This document shows positions 52,335 to 59,385 of a DNA stretch of 64,000 bases, one piece after another; the stretch's first letter is position 1, and each line of letters starts with the position of its first letter. The translations under genes were made by a program, and so were the position numbers. The notes beneath the pieces were generated by a model, which saw only the letters and a program-made list of their open reading frames with translations, was not told where the DNA came from and ran no database searches. This DNA comes from Pyrodictiaceae archaeon (GTDB taxonomy: Archaea; Thermoproteota; Thermoprotei_A; Sulfolobales; Pyrodictiaceae), in the NCBI GenBank assembly GCA_027036135.1, contig JALVSY010000007.1, forward strand, positions 836,880 to 900,879. The letters are read 5' to 3'.

Positions 52335-53036
52335 CTAGTCCTCCTCCTCGAGGTCCTCGAGGCTACCTACATCATAGTCTGGCTGGAGCCTTCCAGCCTC
52401 GTAGTCGCGGCGTATCCTGTCTAGCTCCCTCAGCAGCTCTATGTAGTCGTCGAGGCTCATGTTGAACACCATTGCCTTCTTTACTGGTGGCCCTTCGGTC
52501 TCGAGATGCAGCACCCTCAGCGAGAGCCTCTCCAGCTCACTGGTGCTCATAGAGCCTAAGCGTTCAACTACCCATTCGTTGAGCGTGTCGATGTATCCTT
52601 CGCCGTAGAGTGGCTCGAGCTTCTCAGCCAGTAGCTCTCGAAGCGCCTCGGCCAGGTCTCCGAGGGCCTCGCGGACTGGAGGCGTCGGCATTAGCTTCTT
52701 GTCAAGCACCGTGACGGCTCTCGCGTCACGTATGCCTAGAAGGCGTCGGCAGCTCTTATTCATAGCATTGACGAGTCTCTTCACCCTCATGTAGGGGCCG
52801 TGGAGGTAGATGCGGAACTCCATCTCGGGGCTGAGGCGCGGAGGGTTTGCACGGAGCACAGGTTTGCCATCTGGTCCAGGCTCCGTGTAGAGGGCGAAGA
52901 AGAGAAGTTTCACAAGCTTTTCATCGTCAACTATGCGTTCACCGTGCTGAGCTAGCCTCAAGAGTATGTAGAGTGCTAGCTCGGCTACAACTCTTTCGTG
53001 AAGCTCGGGCCTAAGAAGCTCTGCCACAAACTTCAC
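52335..53036 (-). CDS. Panacea/SocA (DUF4065)-like antitoxin
   Basis: KLVKLLFFA..FRIYLHGPY..GSMSTSELERLS pattern matches Panacea KL.KLLY / F....GP motifs. Confidence 0.68.
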   Translation of the reverse strand: MKFVAELLRPELHERVVAELALYILLRLAQHGERIVDDEKLVKLLFFALYTEPGPDGKPVLRANPPRLSPEMEFRIYLHGPYMRVKRLVNAMNKSCRRLLGIRDARAVTVLDKKLMPTPPVREALGDLAEALRELLAEKLEPLYGEGYIDTLNEWVVERLGSMSTSELERLSLRVLHLETEGPPVKKAMVFNMSLDDYIELLRELDRIRRDYEAGRLQPDYDVGSLEDLEEED

Positions 53037-53206
53037 TCTCCCCTGTAGACCTGTCAGGAGGTAACAAGCTATAAGCAGTAATGCAGCCTAAGAGGGCAGG
53101 CCACAACACCTGCCCAGATAACCCAGTATCATAGCCAGGGCTTGGCGTTTCTCCCTGTTTTATTTGTTTCTCTGGCTGGGTTTGTGGCTTCTCGAGGACA
53201 ACACAT

Positions 53207-53273
53207 AAATTGGTAACAGCTGTTACCGATTTGTGGGCCTGCCGCGGGGCGGCTGGAGGCCCCGCGGGGGCCC
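53207..53273. promoter_or_regulatory. 26-bp palindrome followed by GC-rich hairpin (operator/origin candidate)
   Basis: AAATTGGTAACAG|CTGTTACCGATTT (12/13 pairs); CCGCGGGGC-8nt-GCCCCGCGG. Confidence 0.6.
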
Positions 53274-53644
53274 GGAGGGCGCGTCGTGACGGAGACTATG
53301 TAGGGGTGGGAGACGTGGAGGCTGTTGAGGTCCGTGTGGATGGGGTTGGTTCCCGGGCTAAATCTGTTTTTCCTGTTCGTGTGGAGCCTGTGGAGATCGA
53401 GAAGCAGGTTTTCAAGTTGAAGAACCAGCTGGCATGGCTTGCTTATCGTAGCCGTGACGTGAAGGTTGTCAAGGCTGCGTCCCGGCTCCTCGTTTCCCTA
53501 ACCGAGCTCCTGGAGGATCTTGGCGAGCTCGGGTTTGTTGATGGTGATCCCTCCGTGCTTGTGCCTCTTCTCAGTCGTCTTGCCGTCCTCGAGTCTGAGG
53601 CTGAGTCCCTTCTCCGTGTACCGGAGAACGCGCGTGAGGGGTGA
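53210..53644 (+). CDS. Hypothetical protein (true start probably ~53335-53380)
   Basis: Helical C-terminal ~90 aa; the 5' part of the track ORF overlaps the palindromes and is probably non-coding. Confidence 0.45.
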   Translation: MVTAVTDLWACRGAAGGPAGARRARRDGDYVGVGDVEAVEVRVDGVGSRAKSVFPVRVEPVEIEKQVFKLKNQLAWLAYRSRDVKVVKAASRLLVSLTELLEDLGELGFVDGDPSVLVPLLSRLAVLESEAESLLRVPENAREG

Positions 53645-53650
53645 GGGGGC

Positions 53651-53881
53651 GTGGATGACGTGGTGGTTGTGTTCTCGGACGAGGTGGCTGGGCGTAGCAG
53701 GGTGGTGACGTTTAAGGCCGAGGAGGAGCTGGTGGAGATGCTTGACAGGGTTGCTAGGAGCCAGGGCTTGTCGAGGAGCGAGGCGATAAGGGAGGCCATT
53801 AGGCTCTACCTGGGCCTCAAGGCCCGTGGAGCCACGGGGCCCGTGGAGCCGAGGCGCCTGGGGGCGCTGAGGCTGGGGTGA
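53651..53881 (+). CDS. RHH/CopG regulator
   Basis: VVTFKAEEELVEMLDRVA..LSRSEAIREAIRLYL. Confidence 0.85.
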   Translation: MDDVVVVFSDEVAGRSRVVTFKAEEELVEMLDRVARSQGLSRSEAIREAIRLYLGLKARGATGPVEPRRLGALRLG

Positions 53882-53887
53882 CGGGGC

Positions 53888-54040
53888 ATGGATGAGGCGT
53901 GTGCCGCGGGGTGCCGTGAGAGGCATTGCCGTGGCTCCTTCTGCGAGGCGGGTTATTGGCGCTGCCTCCTGGGCTGCGCCAGTGCCGAGGAAGCTGCGCG
54001 GCTCGCCAGCCTCTACTACGCCCTAGGCCTTATAGGGTGA
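53888..54040 (+). CDS. Small Cys-rich protein (50 aa), missed by the ORF track
   Basis: MDEACAAGCRERHCRGSFCEAGYWRCLLGCASAEEAARLASLYYALGLIG; GGGGTGA..ATG RBS; fills the gap between neighbours. Confidence 0.55.
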   Translation: MDEACAAGCRERHCRGSFCEAGYWRCLLGCASAEEAARLASLYYALGLIG

Positions 54041-54048
54041 GGAGCGCA

Positions 54049-54696
54049 TTGGCTGCGGGGATTAGGCGCGGCGAGAAATACGTTGTCCGTAAAGTGAACG
54101 GTAGGTGGCCAGCCAAGCATACTGCAGGCCTAGACCCCGCGCTTGTGGGCCCGAGGGCCTTCGAGCACCCCGCGGTAAGGGCTTGGTGGGAGTGGCTGAG
54201 AAAGGAGTACAGGCCACAATACCCAGTAGCCCTGATTACTCCATGTAGCAGTGTGAAGCCCTACACCCGGAGCCCCACGTCGCGGAAGATACGTGGGCTG
54301 CTACGCCGCCTCGGCCTATGGAGCGATGCCAGCAATCAGCCCATTGGGTTGGAGTGGCTATACCTCAGCGACCTCCTGCTCCTAGTCCCCTATGAGCGGG
54401 CCGAGGGGTACCCCGCCTGCTGCTACGAGGTACCGCCCGAGGTCGTGCTCTGCAGCCCAGCGCTGCGCAGCCTAGTGACCAGTCTCCTCGCCGAAGTTGT
54501 GGAGAGGCTCTACGAGCGCGGATTGAGACGCGTCGTACTCTTCCTCCCCAAGAAGCACCTACGGCTCTGGAACGGGGCCAGGAAACGCGCGGTGAAGTGG
54601 CCGAGCGAGACGGTGACTAAGTACAGTATCTTCCGCTTCGACGGGCTCCCCCAAGCCCTCTCTCAGCTCCAAGGAGCTTTACAGGAGCTCCTGTAG
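54049..54696 (+). CDS. ArcS catalytic-core-like (DUF5591-type) protein
   Basis: ALITPCSSVKPYTRSPT matches ArcS PCx3KPYx2S; LSDLLLLVPYE, YPACCYEVPP; TTG start after GGTGAGG. Confidence 0.75.
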   Translation: MAAGIRRGEKYVVRKVNGRWPAKHTAGLDPALVGPRAFEHPAVRAWWEWLRKEYRPQYPVALITPCSSVKPYTRSPTSRKIRGLLRRLGLWSDASNQPIGLEWLYLSDLLLLVPYERAEGYPACCYEVPPEVVLCSPALRSLVTSLLAEVVERLYERGLRRVVLFLPKKHLRLWNGARKRAVKWPSETVTKYSIFRFDGLPQALSQLQGALQELL

Positions 54697-54712
54697 CGGG
54701 GGGCGAGGCACC

Positions 54713-55642
54713 ATGGCTAGTCTGCGCAGCATAGCTGCTGGCCTCGGTGTGCCTTACTCCACGGCGTACGTCACGTTGGAGAGGTTGCTGGGGCTTAGGC
54801 CTCGCCACATAACAGCCATTGATAATTCTGATGACCAGATTATCAATGGGGATTATGTGGTCGCCGTAATTAGGTCTGTGCTGCTCTTGGCGAGGAATAG
54901 GCTAGAGTACTACACCATGCCGCCGATACCATTGTGGCCGTGGCTGCTTGTCCCCGTTAAGTCTGTAGACGTGTTGGAGAGGTTCCTCGCGGACATGGAG
55001 AGGCTTGGGGCGAGGCCCTCTGCTGTTATCCTCGACGTGGGGATAATGGAGTGGTTCAACAGAAAGACAATGGAGTATACCGGGGAGTTCTGGAGGGCTT
55101 TCTGGCACGGCGTCGACGCGGTGAGAGGGCTTGCCCGTAGATACAGGTTTGCGTGGAGGATTGTTCTCCCCGATGTACCCGCCACTGTTGAGGACAACAT
55201 CTCCCTCACCATGAGGTTGCAGGAGAGGCTGCTGGCGGAGCACCCCGAGCTGCCGTGGATACCTGTCGCGCAGGCCTCGAGGACTACTAGCCACTCTAAT
55301 CACCTAGCGTGGCTGGTTGAGACCGGGGTCGTGGAGAAGTATGGCTGCGTGGCGCTAGGCTCGCTCAAAGTACTGGCTGGCAGGAGGAAGCAGCTATGGA
55401 GGGACGCTGTAGACGGGGCTAGGGCTCTGCTCCACGAGCACGGCCTAGGCAGTGTTAAGCTGCACCTCTTCGGCGCCCCGCTGGACGCCGCCGTCTCCTC
55501 GAGGCTGCCGCCCGGCTCATGGGACTCGAAGACCTGGACCTTTCCCAGGGTGCCGTACCTGTGGAGCGCGAAGGATGGCTCGATGCGCGTAGTCTACTTC
55601 ACAACGTTCCTCGAGAGGCTCGTAGAGCTGCTGGCGGGGTGA
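54713..55642 (+). CDS. DpdA-like TGT-fold base-exchange enzyme with N-terminal HTH
   Basis: HTH SLRSIAAGLGVPYSTAY; TIM-barrel motifs VILDVG, VLPDVP, WIPVAQ, VALGS, LHLFG, SWDSKTW. Confidence 0.72.
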   Translation: MASLRSIAAGLGVPYSTAYVTLERLLGLRPRHITAIDNSDDQIINGDYVVAVIRSVLLLARNRLEYYTMPPIPLWPWLLVPVKSVDVLERFLADMERLGARPSAVILDVGIMEWFNRKTMEYTGEFWRAFWHGVDAVRGLARRYRFAWRIVLPDVPATVEDNISLTMRLQERLLAEHPELPWIPVAQASRTTSHSNHLAWLVETGVVEKYGCVALGSLKVLAGRRKQLWRDAVDGARALLHEHGLGSVKLHLFGAPLDAAVSSRLPPGSWDSKTWTFPRVPYLWSAKDGSMRVVYFTTFLERLVELLAG

Positions 55643-55651
55643 GGGGCTGAG

Positions 55652-55852
55652 ATGATGGACCCCCTCCTCCTCGGCGCAGCGGGGCTCGCTGGCTTCGGGC
55701 TAGGCGTCGTCGCCGGAGGCTACGCCGTGGCTAAGAAGGCCCGGCTGCTCCGGAAGAGCCTCAGCGACTGCGAGCGGGCCGTTCACGAGCTCCAGAAGCT
55801 CCTCCGCTTCTACAGAGCTGTGCTCAACGACAACGGGGGCGGCAATGAATGA
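55652..55852 (+). CDS. Small membrane-anchored coiled-coil protein
   Basis: N-terminal Gly-rich TM helix plus heptads. Confidence 0.55.
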   Translation: MMDPLLLGAAGLAGFGLGVVAGGYAVAKKARLLRKSLSDCERAVHELQKLLRFYRAVLNDNGGGNE

Positions 55853-56085
55853 GGATAACTATGCGCCAAGGGCTCTACAGGGAAACTATCGCTGGCGCCG
55901 TATGGCTCCTGCTCAGGCTACGGGGCTGCATGCCCCCGGGGGAGATACTCGAGGAACTCCACCAACTAGGCCTCGACACCAGCCGCTCGACCCTGCACCG
56001 AGTGCTGCGGGAGTACACAGGGAGGCTCTTCGAGAGAACGAGGAACGCTGGCCGCATACTCTACTGCGCGATAAGAGAGGTGTAG
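55849..56085 (+). CDS. Winged-helix DNA-binding protein
   Basis: MPPGEILEELHQLGLDTSRSTLHRVLREY..FERTRNAGRILY; ATGA coupling. Confidence 0.65.
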   Translation: MRITMRQGLYRETIAGAVWLLLRLRGCMPPGEILEELHQLGLDTSRSTLHRVLREYTGRLFERTRNAGRILYCAIREV

Positions 56086-56091
56086 GGGGCT

Positions 56092-56325
56092 GTGAGCATG
56101 CGCGTTGAGCGCGTCGGTAATGAGCTAAGGGTGTGCGTAGACCACGCTACGGTAGCTGAGCTCCGGGGCCAGCGGCTAGGCGCCTTGCTCGTAGAGGAGC
56201 TTGGAGCCGACCCGGTGCTCGTCGTAGCTGTTCTCGAGGCGTTGGCGGAGGCTGCTGAGGAGCTACTAGCCGGGGACGAGGAGGGCTCGGAGCCGTTGTT
56301 CTGCATTGTGTTTAGGCCGGGCTAG
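56092..56325 (+). CDS. Small acidic hypothetical protein
   Basis: ORF in operon with RBS-like GGGGG. Confidence 0.5.
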   Translation: MSMRVERVGNELRVCVDHATVAELRGQRLGALLVEELGADPVLVVAVLEALAEAAEELLAGDEEGSEPLFCIVFRPG

Positions 56326-56328
56326 GGG

Positions 56329-56919
56329 GTGGTGAGCGTGGCGAGCCCGCGCTGGGCAGGGGAGAAGAGGAGCGCCGCGCTAGCAGCTGTTAACACTGTT
56401 CTCCCAGACATAGTTGGGCCCGCGAAGCGCATGGGGCTACTGGTTAGCGTTGAGTCCACCAAGGACCTGCGGGTCCACGTCGTCACAGTGGAGCTGCCTG
56501 GCTCCAAGCCCCTCATATTAGCACTCTACGCTACCACGGAGGAGTCTAGACCCATTACGTGGAGCAGGCTCGGGCCACGGCTAGAGAGGCTGGAGAAGCA
56601 CCGGGGGCGCTGGGCCCCGCCAGGCGGCGACACGCTCTACTTCGTGCTAGCCGCTTCCCCGAGGACACGTGTCACGGGCCCCGCGAGGAGGATGCTTGCC
56701 AGGAGAAAGGTGCTCTTCCTAACCCCGAGGAAGCTACGCCTCTGGTTCAACCGCTACTTCAACCGCCGCCTAGCAGGGCTAATAAAGAAGCTCAGAGCCA
56801 AGAAGGCCAAGGCGTACGACAAGCTCGCAGAGCTCCTCCGCGTCCTCTACCTCCTAGCCTCCAGGCTAGGACCAGTAACTATTAGCCTACACGAAGTCGA
56901 GGCCATGGTCCGCGCCTAG
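56329..56919 (+). CDS. Basic hypothetical protein, possibly degenerate restriction-endonuclease-like fold
   Basis: Last gene of operon; alpha/beta pattern reminiscent of Mrr-cat but no E-x-K. Confidence 0.55.
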   Translation: MVSVASPRWAGEKRSAALAAVNTVLPDIVGPAKRMGLLVSVESTKDLRVHVVTVELPGSKPLILALYATTEESRPITWSRLGPRLERLEKHRGRWAPPGGDTLYFVLAASPRTRVTGPARRMLARRKVLFLTPRKLRLWFNRYFNRRLAGLIKKLRAKKAKAYDKLAELLRVLYLLASRLGPVTISLHEVEAMVRA

Positions 56920-57649
56920 CCCCCCTAGGCCCCCCTATGCGTATTTAGTTAAACAGTATTACTACCTTTTCTCCAAATAGCTAACAACACGTCATGGGTA
57001 ATACCATTACTTCTAAGAAGCTGCTCCCAGAGCATAGTCTCCTAGGCAACTTATCGGCTAACCTGTTCCCCGAAGCCATCTTCTATAAATCATAGGTTAA
57101 ACAAGGACGGGAGAAACTACTCTCCCTGCAAGGCCTGGGCCGATACTATTCCACGGCGTCGACAGCGTAGAGCTCACCCCGGGATCCTATATGGAGAGTA
57201 GAATAGCTTCGGCCTGGTACTGGCGCGGCTGCGTCCCTGGCCCCAGCTATGCCAGTGTATATCGCCTGACAACCATGACGAGGCAAGGCTTATCGCCTAA
57301 CCTGGCTGTAAAGCTACGTAATAGAGTTAGCCAAATGTCTTACCTGTTCTCCTCGAGCTGGCAGCTGTTAGCACGGTGTTATACAAGAGCTATGTGGAGT
57401 TGCACAGGGCTGGGCTCTCTTCGCCTGAGCTCTCAGCAATCACGCAGTGGGAGACAATAGCGGGCTAGAATATTATACAAAGTATTCTTTTTCTTAAGGT
57501 ATACATAGCATAGTTATAGTTGTTGTGTGTCGACGAGGGCTTCTTCCCAGTTGTTCTTTTGTTCTTGTTCTTGGTTTATGTGGCTCCAAGAATTGGACGC
57601 TGGGTTTAAATAGGTGTTTAGGGTACCCTAGAGGGTGGGTGGTGGCGTA

Positions 57650-58084
57650 TTGGTGCAGCGGAAACAGCTGTGCCTCTACATTAACACGAGTATGTTGATA
57701 CGGGCGCTGGAGGACCCGGGGGCTCGGGAGTTCCTCGGGGAGTGCTGCTCTAGGCACCAATGTGTGGTTAGTAGTGTTCATTGGAGGGAGGAGTGGAGGC
57801 GTAACACTCTCACCAAGCTCGCCGGGCTCCTCATGGGGCTTGGCATTGCCACTGTGGAGGTTAATGTGGAGGTGCTTGAGGAGGAAGCTACAAGCCTCAT
57901 CGAGGAACGTGGCTGGAGCCCTAGGAGGCTCGTAGACCTCATGCACGTCCTCGCTGCTGTCGAGCTTGGCTGCCACGGGGTAATCGCCGTCGACAGGTTC
58001 ATGGCCAGGCGGGCAAAGGAATATGGCCTACTCTACGTCAACCAGTACACGGGGTGCCCAAAGGATGGGCAGGCTCTACCGTGA
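57650..58084 (+). CDS. PIN-domain protein (first Asp replaced by Asn)
   Basis: LYINTSML, HWREE, LVDLMHVLAAVELG, IAVDR. Confidence 0.75.
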   Translation: MVQRKQLCLYINTSMLIRALEDPGAREFLGECCSRHQCVVSSVHWREEWRRNTLTKLAGLLMGLGIATVEVNVEVLEEEATSLIEERGWSPRRLVDLMHVLAAVELGCHGVIAVDRFMARRAKEYGLLYVNQYTGCPKDGQALP

Positions 58085-58271
58085 GTGGAGAAGGCTCCGC
58101 GATCAGGCGGGGGAGCTGCTATACCTCGTTGTTAAGGCCCGCCGCCTCGGCCACGGCGAGGCGGCACGCAGCATCTACGAGGACTGGAAGAATGAGAAGA
58201 TAGGCTTCGAGGAGGCCAAGAAGAAGCTGGAGCAGCTTCTGGCAGAGGCTAGGGCGGCGGCAAGGGCTTAG
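58065..58271 (+). CDS. Small helical protein (putative antitoxin)
   Basis: MGRLYREW..; overlaps the PIN stop by 20 nt. Confidence 0.5.
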   Translation: MGRLYREWRRLRDQAGELLYLVVKARRLGHGEAARSIYEDWKNEKIGFEEAKKKLEQLLAEARAAARA

Positions 58272-58477
58272 TTCCTGCCTTCTCCCTTTTCCCGCCTATA
58301 GATGGGTTCTAGGGTTATCCTCCCCGTGTCCTCGTCGAGGTAGATGTTGTAGGCTTCTATCCTCTCTGCGAGATGCTTGGGTATCTTCACCTTCACGTAG
58401 TAGTCCTCGTAGTACCTGTCTCCTACTCTGCGCCTAGTCCTGGTCACCCTGACGCGGCGGGGCCTAGTTACTGGCAA
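58268..58477 (-). CDS. Small AbrB-like protein
   Basis: YYVKVKIPKHLAERI..YLDEDTGRITLEPI. Confidence 0.55.
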   Translation of the reverse strand: MPVTRPRRVRVTRTRRRVGDRYYEDYYVKVKIPKHLAERIEAYNIYLDEDTGRITLEPIYRREKGEGRN

Positions 58478-58496
58478 GACGCTGCACCCACCCTAG

Positions 58497-58544
58497 TAGG
58501 GTACCCCAGAATACTTATAAACCTCAATCTAGGGTACCCCAGAA
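58497..58544. promoter_or_regulatory. Two TAGGGTACCCCAGAA direct repeats flanking a TATA-like box in a divergent promoter
   Basis: Copies at 58497-58511 and 58530-58544; CTTATAAA between; third site TAGGGTACCCTA at 57619-57630. Confidence 0.7.
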
Positions 58545-58559
58545 ACCGGGAGGAGAACC

Positions 58560-58763
58560 ATGCAGATACGCGAGACCCTCGCCCAGGTACTCGCCCACCT
58601 AGCCAGGCTCGGCTACAAGCCAGTCTTCGTCGACAAGGCTCCTCTTGACGCGACTCTATACGGTGCAGGCTGGGGTACAATAGTCTTCGAGAAATGCGGT
58701 GAGTATTGGCAGGCAGTGCTGAACCAAGCGAGAAGAATAGTGGTGGTCTCTAGGCTTGGCTAG
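58560..58763 (+). CDS. Small hypothetical protein
   Basis: ATG with GGGAGG RBS. Confidence 0.55.
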   Translation: MQIRETLAQVLAHLARLGYKPVFVDKAPLDATLYGAGWGTIVFEKCGEYWQAVLNQARRIVVVSRLG

Positions 58764-58797
58764 CCGCGTTTCTTTCTTTTCCTAGAGCGTCTCTCCG

Positions 58798-59055
58798 TTA
58801 CCCAGGTGCCGCGAGGAAGTACTCCAGCAGCGCCACAGCAGCTATAGCGGCGACAAGCACTATGCCCAGCCTCCTCACCGCCTCGCTCTCCCTCGAACCC
58901 AGGAGCCATGTCACTATAGCCCATAGAGCTATGTCTACGTCTCCTGGGGCCTTGATTCCTAGCATGAGTAATAGTGTTGACACAGGATGAAGCACTGTGT
59001 GAAGATAAGCGCTTACCTGGGCAAGAGCCTCTCCCAGCCCCGGGCCGAGAATCAT
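58798..59055 (-). CDS. Small membrane protein (pilin/T4SS-component-like, uncertain)
   Basis: From ATG 59055: 85 aa with hydrophobic helices (IALWAIVTWLLG, LGIVLVAAIAAVALLEYFL); divergent from the ATPase. Confidence 0.5.
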   Translation of the reverse strand: MILGPGLGEALAQVSAYLHTVLHPVSTLLLMLGIKAPGDVDIALWAIVTWLLGSRESEAVRRLGIVLVAAIAAVALLEYFLAAPG

Positions 59056-59385
59056 TCTGCCTCTCCCCAGACAAGCTCCCGGGCTGGGAGAAGGAGACAT
59101 AGCAGATTCCGAGCACCCTAACCTCTTGGACCCCCATACGCTTGGCAACATACATGGTTAAGTAGCACAGCACAAATACCACAACAATTGCCATAACTAC
59201 AACGTCTTTTGCTCCACGCAGGCTATGCGTAATAAGAAAAATCACGCAATCATTAACCATATTATCACAGGGCGCCATCACACTTTGCCTGAAGCGGTGC
59301 TTTCGGCTTTCATGACAGGTGCTTGTAGGAAACGCTTACTTATTCGATTCCTATTCTCCCGGCCCTGCTTTCTAGTGGGTGAGGC

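Noticed and set aside
53926-54048. N-terminal extension of the DUF5591-like ORF
   Set aside because: Better explained by the overlapping Cys-rich ORF and a TTG start at 54049 with an RBS.
57191-57460. 89-aa ORF in the element's intergenic region
   Set aside because: No RBS, atypical composition and no motifs.
58760-59281. 173-aa minus-strand ORF
   Set aside because: Overlaps the better-supported membrane ORF in another frame; only its hydrophobic start might be a real or decayed peptide.
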